A DNA stretch of 49,116 nucleotides from a virus (IMGVR_UViG_3300005805_000129:1-49116), one strand, 5' to 3'. Positions 35,463 through 45,251 are shown, numbered from the stretch's first letter. The notes: generated by a model not told the origin, from the letters alone. Made by a program: numbers and translations.

Positions 35463-38400
35463 ATGCGCTACCAATACCAAGGCACTCCCGCTACCCCTCC
35501 TTCGCCACAATTAGGATTAGGCAGTGGTAGTATCACCTCCGACAAGACTGGTACAAAGTATTTTTGGTTGCAGTATCGTAACCGAGCGGGATACAGCTCT
35601 GCTTCTGCTGTCGCGTCGGTAACGGTTGCCGCGGGGCAAAAGATTGTTGTTACAATCCCATCGGGAGCAAAGCCAGCAAGTGTGGGCGGCATCAACGGTA
35701 CAGATATCCATGAGTATGTAATACTGATGTCGGTCAGTAATGATGTCAGTACCGCAGTAACTGTTGCCACATTTCCTGGATACCAAACTGACGGAACTCC
35801 CTATGGATTGCCAGCAAACATTGAGTTAACACAAGATCAACACCTTGCAACTACGGGGTTAACCGTCGTAAATGAAGCTGCGCTACCTGCTAGTCCTATA
35901 CATGGAATGCGTCGGGCGATCACCTCACCAAGTCGCTTTGTTGCTTACGACGCAGTATTTGCGCCAACGGGATGGAAAGATGTTTACCCACAAGTGTTTT
36001 CTACCTATGTACCCAACACGACCGAATTAAATGGCGCAGACGTAGCGATCGTTGATATCTCCGACACATCGGTAGTCCTAACTCCTGATTATGGGGTTGA
36101 TGGCACTGCAAGCAAAGCGATCGGTTTTTGGTTAGTCAATAACGAGTCAAACCCTATCCCCAGTGGTACTCGAATTGGGTTGTCCTTCGATCTTGACAAC
36201 GTTGACGTGTCGAGCCAGTTTGTCGGGCTTGCTTCAATCATTTTTCAGGGCTATGTCAACAAGACTACTGGCGAACTCGATACTTCAGCAATGGTAGTCA
36301 ACACTGCCATTCCTTATTCTGGGGCGCAAACAGGGATGGTGCTTCAGAAGGCTTTGCCTGTAGGTAGCGCCGTTTTTTTACAGGTAAGGCTTGAATTTCG
36401 AGCTTTTCAGTTAAAAAATCGCCCAGTACAGGGTTCTGTTTTGCGGGCTTCACCGTATTTGTACGCCGATTTTGCTCAGTACAATGCTGACTCCAGCCTG
36501 CTCGGATCTTTTATCGCCGCAGAGTACGATCGCCGCAGAATAGTTCCCAGTTCTGGCGCAAACTCAGCAAAAGCGCTTAAGGGTTCTGGGACTATCTCTC
36601 TATCTTCTGGAGGTGGATACACATTTCAAGCTGTTCCAGAGTCAAGCGTTGTTGGACTAGAAGCAAATACCGCCAATCAGGATGTATTTATGGCGATTAA
36701 CGGGTCGCTCTATGTTGCTGGCTCTACGATTGAAGGCGCGGTACTAAGAGCGATCGTTGGTACGGTTAATGGTTTGGGGCATATAAAAACATGGTCTGGC
36801 AGCTACGCCCTAAGTTCTTCTAATCTTCTTCAAATTATTGTTACTTACCCACTAAATATTAGTCCTGATTATCCCGATGTGATTGCGGGATCTGGGGCAG
36901 GATATTTTAACCCTTCGGGAGTGAGATTCTTTGTTCGACCCGTTGGCGGGGGTACGATTAGATACTTTGATGGGGTAGTCCTAGCAGGAGCGTCACAGAC
37001 TTTTACAATCGGATTAAGCGGCACGGATACAACGATCGGGTCTCTACCCAGTAATCCTGCGGCAAGTTTTGGGCTTTACCGTGCTACTGATGCTAGCTAT
37101 GCGATCGCGCCAGTGTCAGGTAGCAGTGTATTCTCGTCTACCAACTACGAGGTGGCGATCGCGTTTGTCTACACTGATCGAGTTACCTCGATCAGTCATT
37201 CGCCCTTGGATGGATGTGTACTTGAGGCTGATTCGACCATCGGCGAATTATTTGAAAAGACTAAATATAATCGCGCACCCGTAACAGATCTTAATGCTCT
37301 TCGCGCCGTGAGTTCCACAACTACACCGAACCTTCAAAAGTGTATTGTTGCCAGTTTGCGCTGGGAGTATCAATACCAGAATGACTCATACTTGGTTGAC
37401 GATACAACCGACTCATCCTATGCCGCAAAGCCAAATGATTTGACTTCAATCCAAGCAGGTCGATGGATTCGACTTCAAAGGTTTGGAGTGGGCACGGTAA
37501 CTTTAGGTGTAGACGAATACGACTATGCAATGACGCTTACCGACAGTAGCGGCATTCAGAATATTAATCTAACAATCCCTCGCGGTGTTCGAGGACTGAG
37601 GGGCTTTACGGGTACTCCAGGGGACAAAGGCGAGCCAGGTACTGTTGGTACAAATACTGGTGTAATTATCACCTCTGGCACTGTTCCGACCACCACAGGG
37701 AGCCAAATCGCTCTCTACAATGACACCAATATTCTCAAGCTAAGAAATGCTTCTGGCGGTACTTCGGAGCAGATTGCGACCTTAGATAGATCTCAATCTT
37801 TTACTAAGAGTCAAGCAACCACCCCTAGCAACTTGACCGATGCCTCAACAGTTGCTGTAGACGCTTCTCTGAGTAACAACTTTAAAGCTGGGCTGACCAC
37901 TGTTGTAGGCGCAACAAGAATGTTGGGGAATCCAACCAACCTAATTGACGGTCAAGAACTAACGTTTTTGTTTAAGCAACCTGTAGCAGGTGGCTGCGCT
38001 CTGACCTTCGACACTAAATACAGGTTTATTGGTAGTGACAATATTTCTGTAACCCCATCAACCAGAAGCCTAATTACTTGTTCCTACGATGCGGGCGACG
38101 ACATTTTGGACTGTATGGTATGGGGATCTGGCGGCGCAGCACAGGTTAATACCTTGCTTGCCAAGACGCTTGCTTACTGGAATCTCAATGAAGCTAGTGG
38201 CGATCGCTTAGATACTTTGTTTGGAGTAGCACTGGTTGATGGCTCCAGCGTCGTTACCTCTGCTACGGGAGTATCAAACAATGCGGCAGTATTTCACGAC
38301 ACAGGAGGTTTGGTCGCAACGACTCCATCTAGTTTTGATGTAGCCTCAAACCCTCTTTCATTCTCCTTTGCGGTAAAGATTGCGTCTTTGTCTTCTGGTT

Positions 38401-38783
38401 ATTTTACACTCTTGGCGACAAGTCAGTGGTATCTAGTCGTTGACGGCGATGGAACTATTAATTTGACGGCTGGCACAGTCCCCTCTGGAGCCGTCGGAGG
38501 TACGTCAACACATTCTTTCCCCGAAGGATCGTGGGTTTCTATTATTGGTCAGTTCGATAAAGCCAACGATATTATTGCGCTAAAGATCAACAACAACGCT
38601 GTAGAAACATTCTATGGTATCGGCGCGGAAACTCTCAACGCCTTTGATGGGAGCCTAGTTGTTGGCAGTTCGGGTAACAACCTTTTTATTGACGAGCTTG
38701 GCTTCTACAATGCTCGCCTAACCCTGTCAGAAATGGCTCTGATTTACAACTCTGGCTCTTTTACTACTTATCCCTTCTCTTAA
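35463..38783 (+). CDS. Tail fibre / receptor-binding protein with short collagen stretch and C-terminal LamG/ConA-like domain
   Basis: GVRGLRGFTGTPGDKGEPGTVGTN Gly-X-Y run. C-terminal LAYWNLNE..IDELGFYNARLT..IYN is LamG-like. Confidence 0.75.
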   Translation: MRYQYQGTPATPPSPQLGLGSGSITSDKTGTKYFWLQYRNRAGYSSASAVASVTVAAGQKIVVTIPSGAKPASVGGINGTDIHEYVILMSVSNDVSTAVTVATFPGYQTDGTPYGLPANIELTQDQHLATTGLTVVNEAALPASPIHGMRRAITSPSRFVAYDAVFAPTGWKDVYPQVFSTYVPNTTELNGADVAIVDISDTSVVLTPDYGVDGTASKAIGFWLVNNESNPIPSGTRIGLSFDLDNVDVSSQFVGLASIIFQGYVNKTTGELDTSAMVVNTAIPYSGAQTGMVLQKALPVGSAVFLQVRLEFRAFQLKNRPVQGSVLRASPYLYADFAQYNADSSLLGSFIAAEYDRRRIVPSSGANSAKALKGSGTISLSSGGGYTFQAVPESSVVGLEANTANQDVFMAINGSLYVAGSTIEGAVLRAIVGTVNGLGHIKTWSGSYALSSSNLLQIIVTYPLNISPDYPDVIAGSGAGYFNPSGVRFFVRPVGGGTIRYFDGVVLAGASQTFTIGLSGTDTTIGSLPSNPAASFGLYRATDASYAIAPVSGSSVFSSTNYEVAIAFVYTDRVTSISHSPLDGCVLEADSTIGELFEKTKYNRAPVTDLNALRAVSSTTTPNLQKCIVASLRWEYQYQNDSYLVDDTTDSSYAAKPNDLTSIQAGRWIRLQRFGVGTVTLGVDEYDYAMTLTDSSGIQNINLTIPRGVRGLRGFTGTPGDKGEPGTVGTNTGVIITSGTVPTTTGSQIALYNDTNILKLRNASGGTSEQIATLDRSQSFTKSQATTPSNLTDASTVAVDASLSNNFKAGLTTVVGATRMLGNPTNLIDGQELTFLFKQPVAGGCALTFDTKYRFIGSDNISVTPSTRSLITCSYDAGDDILDCMVWGSGGAAQVNTLLAKTLAYWNLNEASGDRLDTLFGVALVDGSSVVTSATGVSNNAAVFHDTGGLVATTPSSFDVASNPLSFSFAVKIASLSSGYFTLLATSQWYLVVDGDGTINLTAGTVPSGAVGGTSTHSFPEGSWVSIIGQFDKANDIIALKINNNAVETFYGIGAETLNAFDGSLVVGSSGNNLFIDELGFYNARLTLSEMALIYNSGSFTTYPFS

Positions 38784-38785
38784 TT

Positions 38786-39103
38786 ATGACTATTACTCGT
38801 AAAACTGAATCGATTGACTTGACCTCAACTCTGACAACGAACTTATTAACGGCTGGCTCTGGAGAGGTTGTTGAAATACTCCATGTGATCGGCACAGTAT
38901 CCGCCGACGGCGGAACAATCAGTATCGGTGTCGCAGATACTTCTACTAGCGTTACAGCTTACGCATGGAATAAGACTTCTATGTTTAAGAATCAGCCCAG
39001 AGAGGTTGCTGATCTTCGACTAGAAACAGGCGATTCGCTGGTTGGCGGACATACCTCCGCTACCGATGCGAAGCTCTACGTCGTTTACAACGTTATTACC
39101 TAG
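38786..39103 (+). CDS. Small beta-rich virion protein
   Basis: 105 aa, ending LRLETGDSL, a pattern common in small fibre-associated proteins. Confidence 0.6.
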   Translation: MTITRKTESIDLTSTLTTNLLTAGSGEVVEILHVIGTVSADGGTISIGVADTSTSVTAYAWNKTSMFKNQPREVADLRLETGDSLVGGHTSATDAKLYVVYNVIT

Positions 39104-39128
39104 AGGCGCAGATTAATATCCACTACTT

Positions 39129-39209
39129 TTGATTCTCGGTCTTTGCTTGGCTGTTGTCGCGATCGGGTACATCCTTTGGCTTCTGTACAACGGTATTCTA
39201 GATCGCTAA
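39129..39209 (+). CDS. Possible 26-aa single-TM peptide
   Basis: TTG start, MILGLCLAVVAIGYILWLLYNGILDR. The start is weak. Confidence 0.3.
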   Translation: MILGLCLAVVAIGYILWLLYNGILDR

Positions 39210-39278
39210 TCGAGCAAGCTCCAATGAGGTTTTCGAGTATCTCGTGAAGATAAGGGAAACTTATTGGTAGCTACCACT

Positions 39279-39677
39279 ATGACTATTGCTATTACTCTCC
39301 AGTCAGTCCCGGATTTGCCTGGAAGAGTCTGCCAGCCAAGCGAACTGTCATTAGGCGAAGGCAACTCGATTGCCTTCAACGTTAACTATGCAGGAGATAT
39401 CACTCCTTTTAACGCTGCGAAACGAACCATCCAGTACTCTGTTAGTGGCTTGTCTGGAACAGAGGTTACAACCCTTCAATCTACTGCTGAAGCCAACCTC
39501 AGCAATTTGGTGAAGAAGACTGACCCCAGCTACTCAGACATTTATGTTTCTGGTTTCTTACTCGAAAAATGCTTTTTGCGATCGGTCAAGCCTTCGGGTT
39601 CTTTGACCGTGGATTCTGAAGCGATCGTTGAGAAGACCGACTTGGTATACGAAACTAAGGGTCGTTACCTCGTTTAA
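39279..39677 (+). CDS. Putative major tail tube protein
   Basis: 132-aa single copy of the domain repeated in 28021-29472. It ends LEKCFLRSVKPS..IVEKTDLVYE, like tube-fold proteins. Confidence 0.55.
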   Translation: MTIAITLQSVPDLPGRVCQPSELSLGEGNSIAFNVNYAGDITPFNAAKRTIQYSVSGLSGTEVTTLQSTAEANLSNLVKKTDPSYSDIYVSGFLLEKCFLRSVKPSGSLTVDSEAIVEKTDLVYETKGRYLV

Positions 39678-39693
39678 TTCTGATCTGAATAAC

Positions 39694-39728
39694 ACAAAAG
39701 CCCGTCAATTATATTGACGGGCTTTTGT
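39694..39728. terminator. Bidirectional terminator between late and early modules
   Basis: acaaaagcccgtcaat-tat-attgacgggcttttgt. Confidence 0.9.
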
Positions 39729-39952
39729 TAGCAATAAGTAACGGAAACAATTTCACAACGATAGTATTTACGTTTAACTTCCTCGGCAGCTAGATCGTGA
39801 TGAGCTTTACCTTCAGTGGTTAAGACATTCTCCACAGCTCCAAACACCCATATATTTTGTACCCGATCAAAGTAGTTGAACTTAACTTGGTATAGATCGT
39901 GGAAGACGAAGGGTTTTAGGCTTTCTTTCCGCTTTTTGCCTTTCAAGGTCAT
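39728..39952 (-). CDS. Hypothetical protein
   Basis: 74-aa ORF with a 4-bp overlap to the upstream gene. Confidence 0.65.
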   Translation of the reverse strand: MTLKGKKRKESLKPFVFHDLYQVKFNYFDRVQNIWVFGAVENVLTTEGKAHHDLAAEEVKRKYYRCEIVSVTYC

Positions 39953-40377
39953 GTTGCCCCCTGTTTTTCCTTACCAACCAAATCTTCTATTACGATCGCA
40001 CTGCGATAAGGATCTCCAAGTGCATACAGCTCGTATTCGTAAGCGGGATGGTATTCCACAACACCCCCGCCATACTCAACTTGAGGACTTCCAGACCAGT
40101 GGCACTTACCTGTTTGGACGGCTTTTTCGAGTAGGTATTGAGGTACATGCTTGTCAGGATGATCCTCTCTATAGTATCCATACACCTCGGAGATCTTGAC
40201 CGACACCAATGGCTTCTTAGGGTTGTCGGGGTAGCGCTCCTTGATGTACACGGTGTCGCCGACTTTAAATCGGTGTGCTGGAGCTTCTAGATTTGAACAG
40301 GCGATCGCATTCTGCTCATCGCTATAGGTACTCCCGCAGATTGGACATTGCCATGTAACGATTTTTACTAGATTCAT
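39949..40377 (-). CDS. Hypothetical protein with CxxC zinc motif and SH3/KOW-like domain
   Basis: WQCPICG..AIAC..HRFKVGDTVYI. Confidence 0.7.
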   Translation of the reverse strand: MNLVKIVTWQCPICGSTYSDEQNAIACSNLEAPAHRFKVGDTVYIKERYPDNPKKPLVSVKISEVYGYYREDHPDKHVPQYLLEKAVQTGKCHWSGSPQVEYGGGVVEYHPAYEYELYALGDPYRSAIVIEDLVGKEKQGAT

Positions 40378-41411
40378 GCCACTCTCTTTTGTTGGGTTTT
40401 AACATCTTCTAGATCTTCAAGATATTTCTGCAACTGAGTAGCAGTCATATCCCTAAGATACAGTCCATTAAAATGTGTTGCCGAATACTCCCTTATCTTG
40501 TCCTTAAAATTGTCACCCCAGAGCGCTTTGGCTCTGGCTATGACTTTTTCGTTGAGTAGGGTTTTAGGGTCTTCCACCTCCTCAAAATCAGCTTCAATCG
40601 CATCCTCTCCATGCGGCAAGGCTAATTGACTGCGATCGCTATCATCTTCCTCGTAAGCAGGAAGGCTGGCTTGTGAGTTATAAGGCTGTTGAGTGTCATG
40701 CAATTTTCGGATAGTATTCCCAACCTGCTCAACTCTTTGTCTCCAAACCTTAGCCCACTCCCTTGAAGTTATTTGATTTTTTTCGCCTACCCAAACAGGA
40801 TTGTCGCCAACGAAGACTTTTGCGAAGGTCACTTTCCGCTCTGAGTCCCTGCTACTGGCTCTCATCTCTGGGGCTACTTTTATCGGCGATTTAAGCTTGT
40901 TCGGAGAGCTTGAGGTCAGCACAGAAAGCTGATTGAAGAGAGACATCGTGAAGTTATTAGTGGGCTTCATTCTCAACTTATAAGATCTTTCTCTATCCTT
41001 GAAATAGAGGTAGACATAATGGTGGCAGTCGATCAACTCGGAGTGCTTCTTCTCAAGGTCGATCTGTTTCCTTTCTCTGCGATTAGGATCTCTGGCGGCG
41101 GCAATATCGTCTTCAAGCTCTGCGATCGCCTCGTTGATCTTGGCTAGTTTTTCGGGCTTTGGGGCTATATCTCGAATTTGATAGTTAATCAGTGTAGCTT
41201 CAAGGCACTCCTCATCTAAGCTGGGCCATGCACCTCCATTCCCATCATCGTACTGCCAGCCATAGTTAGATCTAGGATCGATCGCTATTTCAAGCGCACT
41301 CGAACCCGATGGTATTTTGCAGAAACCTTTTCCCAGAGATCTCTCGTGGGGAGGTGTCCCCATTAATACCAACAATTCTCTCAGCACTTCTTCTATGGCT
41401 ACGTTTTGCAT
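40374..41411 (-). CDS. Hypothetical protein, possibly ssDNA-binding or recombination
   Basis: RBS AGGAG. Acidic linker plus a C-terminal helical domain (LRDMTATQLQKYLEDL) like those on phage recombinases. The function is inference. Confidence 0.55.
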   Translation of the reverse strand: MQNVAIEEVLRELLVLMGTPPHERSLGKGFCKIPSGSSALEIAIDPRSNYGWQYDDGNGGAWPSLDEECLEATLINYQIRDIAPKPEKLAKINEAIAELEDDIAAARDPNRRERKQIDLEKKHSELIDCHHYVYLYFKDRERSYKLRMKPTNNFTMSLFNQLSVLTSSSPNKLKSPIKVAPEMRASSRDSERKVTFAKVFVGDNPVWVGEKNQITSREWAKVWRQRVEQVGNTIRKLHDTQQPYNSQASLPAYEEDDSDRSQLALPHGEDAIEADFEEVEDPKTLLNEKVIARAKALWGDNFKDKIREYSATHFNGLYLRDMTATQLQKYLEDLEDVKTQQKRVA

Positions 41412-41520
41412 CTGATTTCTCCTTTTGTTGTTTTAATTCTTCGTCACTCAGCCATAGCAGATGGCTAACCTCTGGACTTACCTGAGTCCAGTCTGTATCT
41501 AAATACGGTTCATAGTTCAT
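41290..41520 (-). CDS. Hypothetical protein
   Basis: ATG overlaps the upstream stop. The 3' part overlaps the next gene, so the extent is uncertain. Confidence 0.4.
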   Translation of the reverse strand: MNYEPYLDTDWTQVSPEVSHLLWLSDEELKQQKEKSDAKRSHRRSAERIVGINGDTSPREISGKRFLQNTIGFECA

Positions 41521-41657
41521 TAGAAATACTCCTTGGCTTTATCAGCCAGTACTAATAGCTCTGGTGTGGCGATCTTGTTCAACTTAGCTTGGCGCTCAGC
41601 ACACAATTTCCTCTGCCGCTTTTGCGCTGAGCTAAGGGCTTTTTGTGTTATTTTCAT
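41520..41657 (-). CDS. Small basic protein (MKITQKALSS..)
   Basis: ATG at 41657 lies downstream of a TGTGG-TAGTAT extended -10 on the minus strand. Confidence 0.5.
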   Translation of the reverse strand: MKITQKALSSAQKRQRKLCAERQAKLNKIATPELLVLADKAKEYF

Positions 41658-41695
41658 AGGTTTTTGAAAATTCTTTGAATTAATACTACCACAAA

Positions 41696-41731
41696 AATAC
41701 GCCACAGATCTAATTAGATCTGTGGCGTATT
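41696..41731. repeat. Perfect 36-bp palindrome
   Basis: aatacgccacagatctaa|ttagatctgtggcgtatt. Confidence 0.9.
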
Positions 41732-41758
41732 GGGTGATGGGTTTTGTTGGCGCGATCG

Positions 41759-42037
41759 CTACATATCCGAAATCTCTTCGACTAGAATCGAGAAAGGTAA
41801 CGACTCAATAGCTGTAGTCTCAACCTCTTTCGGTCTGATTACAAAACTCTTGCCTCGAACTTCATACAGCCCATCATTCTGAATAGTGAGCTTTGTTGAA
41901 GCAGGATCGTCCCAGTAAAAGCTGATGTCGTTAACACGGTATGTTTCACGATCGCTTGCTTCTAGAGAGACCTCATAGATAGTGTGATAAACACGGGTAA
42001 CTTCGTTTGGAGTCTGGGAGATAGTTTTTATGTACAT
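41759..42037 (-). CDS. Hypothetical protein
   Basis: Likely start MYIKTIS after AGGT. Confidence 0.6.
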   Translation of the reverse strand: MYIKTISQTPNEVTRVYHTIYEVSLEASDRETYRVNDISFYWDDPASTKLTIQNDGLYEVRGKSFVIRPKEVETTAIESLPFSILVEEISDM

Positions 42038-42087
42038 TGTTTTACCTGTTTGATCTATTGATTTTGATTGTTGGTGCGATCGCTTGA

Positions 42088-42420
42088 TTAAGCTATCCAA
42101 GTCGGTCTTTTAGGATTTGCATCCCATTCAGCCAAGATTTTCTTAGCCCTACTGAGAGCTAGATCAACATCATTAAGCTCTAAAACAAAATCTTTGCAGT
42201 TATACCCTGCATAGTTTTGCAGCCAAAGAAACCCTCTGCCTGAACGAGTTTCCGATGTCCAGTGACCAACGGGACGGCCATCCCTTGTTATTAGTCGCCT
42301 ATTTGCAGCCCAACCGTAATAGTTCGGTTCATTCAGAGGGTTAAGACAAAACCAAGCACCAAGAGTTAGGTGTATTTCTGGCATACGAGGAACCTCATTG
42401 TTTAAATAATAATGCAGCAA
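42088..42420 (-). CDS. Hypothetical protein
   Basis: ORF in the early-gene block. The start is uncertain (possibly MPEIHL after GAGG). Confidence 0.55.
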   Translation of the reverse strand: MLHYYLNNEVPRMPEIHLTLGAWFCLNPLNEPNYYGWAANRRLITRDGRPVGHWTSETRSGRGFLWLQNYAGYNCKDFVLELNDVDLALSRAKKILAEWDANPKRPTWIA

Positions 42421-42876
42421 AGCGATCGCGTATTAAGGCGATCTTTGTGAGTGATAAAAAGTAGTTGCCTATTGTGTCCAGCTAGCCCAAAGATTGAAAA
42501 AGTGGAAATCTAAAACGAAGCTAAGAAATTTCGGCTTCCTTTTTTCTTGAGTATTTTAAAACCCGCTTCCTGAGCCAACTTTGAGAGAACAACCCTTCGG
42601 GGCTGAGATCATAAATGTTGGGCAGAGCTTTAAAATCTCGTCCATTCTTCTTGCGGTAGTAGCAGTTACCCAAAGCAGTTTCTAATTGCAGGAATTTATC
42701 TAGGTCAGGATTGTGCCGATCGCTATGTTGAAAAACTTGAAGCGATCGCACTGACTCTAAACCTTTGATAGCTCTTAGATGCTTGCGAAGGGTTTGCGGT
42801 GTACGTTGGATTAGACTAGCAACAGTGCGCTGTGATGCGCCATAGGCTCGGAAAGACTGGTTTACATTTGAAACAC

Positions 42877-44061
42877 TCACCGCGCTGAAGCAACGGTGAT
42901 TCTTAACGCATCACTGAGACTTGCTACCGAAGCAGTCTTATTGTCTCTCCGCGTTCGTTTAGAGTCGTGGCAGTTCCCTATCCCGACTTTGTCTATATTT
43001 TTAGCAGCATTCTCATCGCGGTCATGGGTAGTACCACAATTTAGGCAAGTAACAGTCCTGATACTGAGATCTAACTTGCCCCATTGGTAGCCACAATGCG
43101 AACAGACTTGACTGGTAGGTTCCCATCGACTAACCGTTGAGAAAGTTCTGCCATACTTTTTGGATTTAGCCTCGCAAAGAGTTCTAAATTCTCTCCATCC
43201 TTGCTGACTAATTGCCCGTGCAAGTTTGCGATTTTTGACCATGCCAGAAACATTGAGATCTTCTAAAGTGATTGCTTGGTTTTTGCGTACCACTTCAGTA
43301 GAGACTTTATGCAAAAAATCGCTTCTAGTATCAGCAATTTTGTTGTGTTTTTTTGCAATTCTCAAACGAGTTTTATTCCGTCTGTTAGAGCCTTTAGACT
43401 GCCTTGCTAATTTGCGCTGTAGCTTTCTAACCTTTTTATCCAGTTTGGAGTAATCAGGGCTTTGAAACTTTTCACCCGTACTGAGTACAGCAAAAGTTTT
43501 GATTCCAAGATCGATCCCTACTGATGGATTAATTGGCTCTATATGTTCTGGTTCTATGTCAACTACAAAGCTAAGAAAATATCGGTTAGCGCAGTCTTTA
43601 ATCACTGTTACAGAGCTAGGCTCCGATGGTAGTTTTCTAGACCATACTGGTTTGATATCTCCTATCTTGGCTAAATAGACGCTATCACCCGAAAGAGAAA
43701 ATGCTGCTTTGGTAAACTCAGCAGATTGATTATTGGTTTTCTTTTTAAATTTTGGAGATCCAACTTTTTTACCTTTGCGCTTTCCTTTTAGAGAATTAAA
43801 AAAGTTCCGATAGGCAACATCTAAATATCTTAGGGACTGCTGCAAAGGTACAGCCGACACATCTTTAAGCCATTGCCTCTCTTCAGTCTTTTTGGACTGA
43901 GTAAGCATAGCCGAAAGCTTGTTAAAGCCAATTGCCTTACCAAAAGCCTTGCACAGCGCTAGAGCGTCATTCCAGACCACACGGACACAGCCAAACAATT
44001 GAGCTAAGCTCTTTTGCTGTTGGTCAGTTGGGTAAAATCTGTATTGATATCTAGCTTTCAT
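42877..44061 (-). CDS. tnpB: RNA-guided endonuclease TnpB
   Basis: MKARYQYRFYPT..LFGCVRVVWN. RuvC motifs GIDLG, LEDLN and HDRDENAA. Zn finger CSHCG..CLNCG. Confidence 0.95.
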   Translation of the reverse strand: MKARYQYRFYPTDQQQKSLAQLFGCVRVVWNDALALCKAFGKAIGFNKLSAMLTQSKKTEERQWLKDVSAVPLQQSLRYLDVAYRNFFNSLKGKRKGKKVGSPKFKKKTNNQSAEFTKAAFSLSGDSVYLAKIGDIKPVWSRKLPSEPSSVTVIKDCANRYFLSFVVDIEPEHIEPINPSVGIDLGIKTFAVLSTGEKFQSPDYSKLDKKVRKLQRKLARQSKGSNRRNKTRLRIAKKHNKIADTRSDFLHKVSTEVVRKNQAITLEDLNVSGMVKNRKLARAISQQGWREFRTLCEAKSKKYGRTFSTVSRWEPTSQVCSHCGYQWGKLDLSIRTVTCLNCGTTHDRDENAAKNIDKVGIGNCHDSKRTRRDNKTASVASLSDALRITVASAR

Positions 44062-44112
44062 TGCTTGTGCTAAAATTGGTCTGTAGTTTTATTGTACATC
44101 GGTCTGCTTAAA

Positions 44113-44514
44113 ATGACAACCAGTTTACGCAAAGAAAGGCATAGTGTTTCCGACCTTAAAATACATTTGGTCTGCGTTACAAAATATAGGCGAAAAATCT
44201 TTACTTCTGAAAGTCTCGCTGTAATTGAAAAATCGTTTGGAGAAGTGGCAACAAAGATGGATTTTCAGGTACAAGAGTTTAATGGTGAGTCAGATCATAT
44301 TCACGCTTTGATTGAGTACCCACCTAAGCTGTCTGTGTCTCAAATAGTCAATGCTTTAAAAGGTGTCTCAAGCCGAAGATATGGTCAAGCTGGCTATACT
44401 AAGCCTTATGGGAAAGATGCGCTATGGAGCCCCAGCTATTTTGTGTCTTCTATCGGCGGCGCACCCTTGGAAATACTCAAGCAGTACATTCAAAACCAAG
44501 AAAAGCCGTGCTAG
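44113..44514 (+). CDS. tnpA: IS200-family HUH/Y1 transposase
   Basis: HLVCVTKYRR, DHIH, LKGVSSR, LWSPSYF, KQYIQNQ. Confidence 0.95.
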   Translation: MTTSLRKERHSVSDLKIHLVCVTKYRRKIFTSESLAVIEKSFGEVATKMDFQVQEFNGESDHIHALIEYPPKLSVSQIVNALKGVSSRRYGQAGYTKPYGKDALWSPSYFVSSIGGAPLEILKQYIQNQEKPC

Positions 44515-45176
44515 AAGCACGGGGTTTTAAACCCATTTTTCTGATAACGAATGCCCTCGTTTTTCAACGATACTTTTAGACCCCGAACACATGACAGAGC
44601 CAGCATCATCGAATATTTTCTCAGGCGATCGCGTTAACCATAAACCATTTTCCTTGGATTCTTTGTCTGCTAAAAACCGAGAATGTTCTTGCTTGAGTGC
44701 GAGCGTGTATCGACTTACCTGTGGACGTAATGCGTCCAGATTATCCGACCACTCCTCAAATATTGCGCCAAGTTTGGTGATTCCCAGTTTGCAGCAAAGC
44801 TTTTCGGCGCTGACATAAGCAATTTGCACTTCCTCGCCATCCCATCGGATTGCGTAGAAGAAGCCCGACTTTACAGCCAAGCGCAAAATGTTCTTAATCG
44901 TGGCAACCGATCTATCCAATGTCTGCGCCAATCGAATGATATTTAAGGTTGCATACCCTCTACCCTCGCCAAAACATATATCAAACGACCGCACAGTATG
45001 CCACATAGCCTTCACTAAAAAAGGTGCGGAATTTTGCGCGATCGCTGTGTATATTCTTACGGGAAAATGGTATACTTGGTTCATTCGACTGCTGTTGACA
45101 GTTGGATATCCCGCGCTTTTACAAGTAAGTCAGTTTTGAGGGTGGTATCTCATCTCTGATTAGCGGTGAATCAATC

Positions 45177-45226
45177 ATAACATAAAGCCCTGTCAGATCT
45201 CTCGATTCGACAGGGCTTTATGTTAT
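45177..45226. terminator. Hairpin with 18-bp perfect arms, probable terminator
   Basis: ataacataaagccctgtc / gacagggctttatgttat. Confidence 0.75.
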
Positions 45227-45251
45227 TTGTGTGTGAATTTTGTGGCGATCG

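Larger units (their letters stand above)
42868..44543 (-). mobile_element. IS200/IS605-family insertion sequence (divergent tnpA/tnpB), TTAT target
   Basis: Minus strand: TTAT|cagaaaaatgggttt-AAAA-ccccgtgcttctagcacgg (left end) and GAAT-caccgttgcttcagcgcggtg..TCAA| (right end). The boundaries are supported by in-frame restoration of the host gene. Confidence 0.95.
42521..45084 (-). pseudogene. Two-HTH DNA-binding protein (295 aa when restored) interrupted by IS605
   Basis: Removing 42868-44543 joins ..EKRGHSL-Y-VNQSFRAYG.. in frame. HTH-like motifs: LNIIRLAQTLDRSVATIKNIL and SQRTVASLIQRTPQTLRKHL. Confidence 0.85.

Noticed and set aside
42868-44543. IStron (self-splicing IS) that would rescue the interrupted gene
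   Set aside because: There is no room for a group I intron core between the left end and tnpA.
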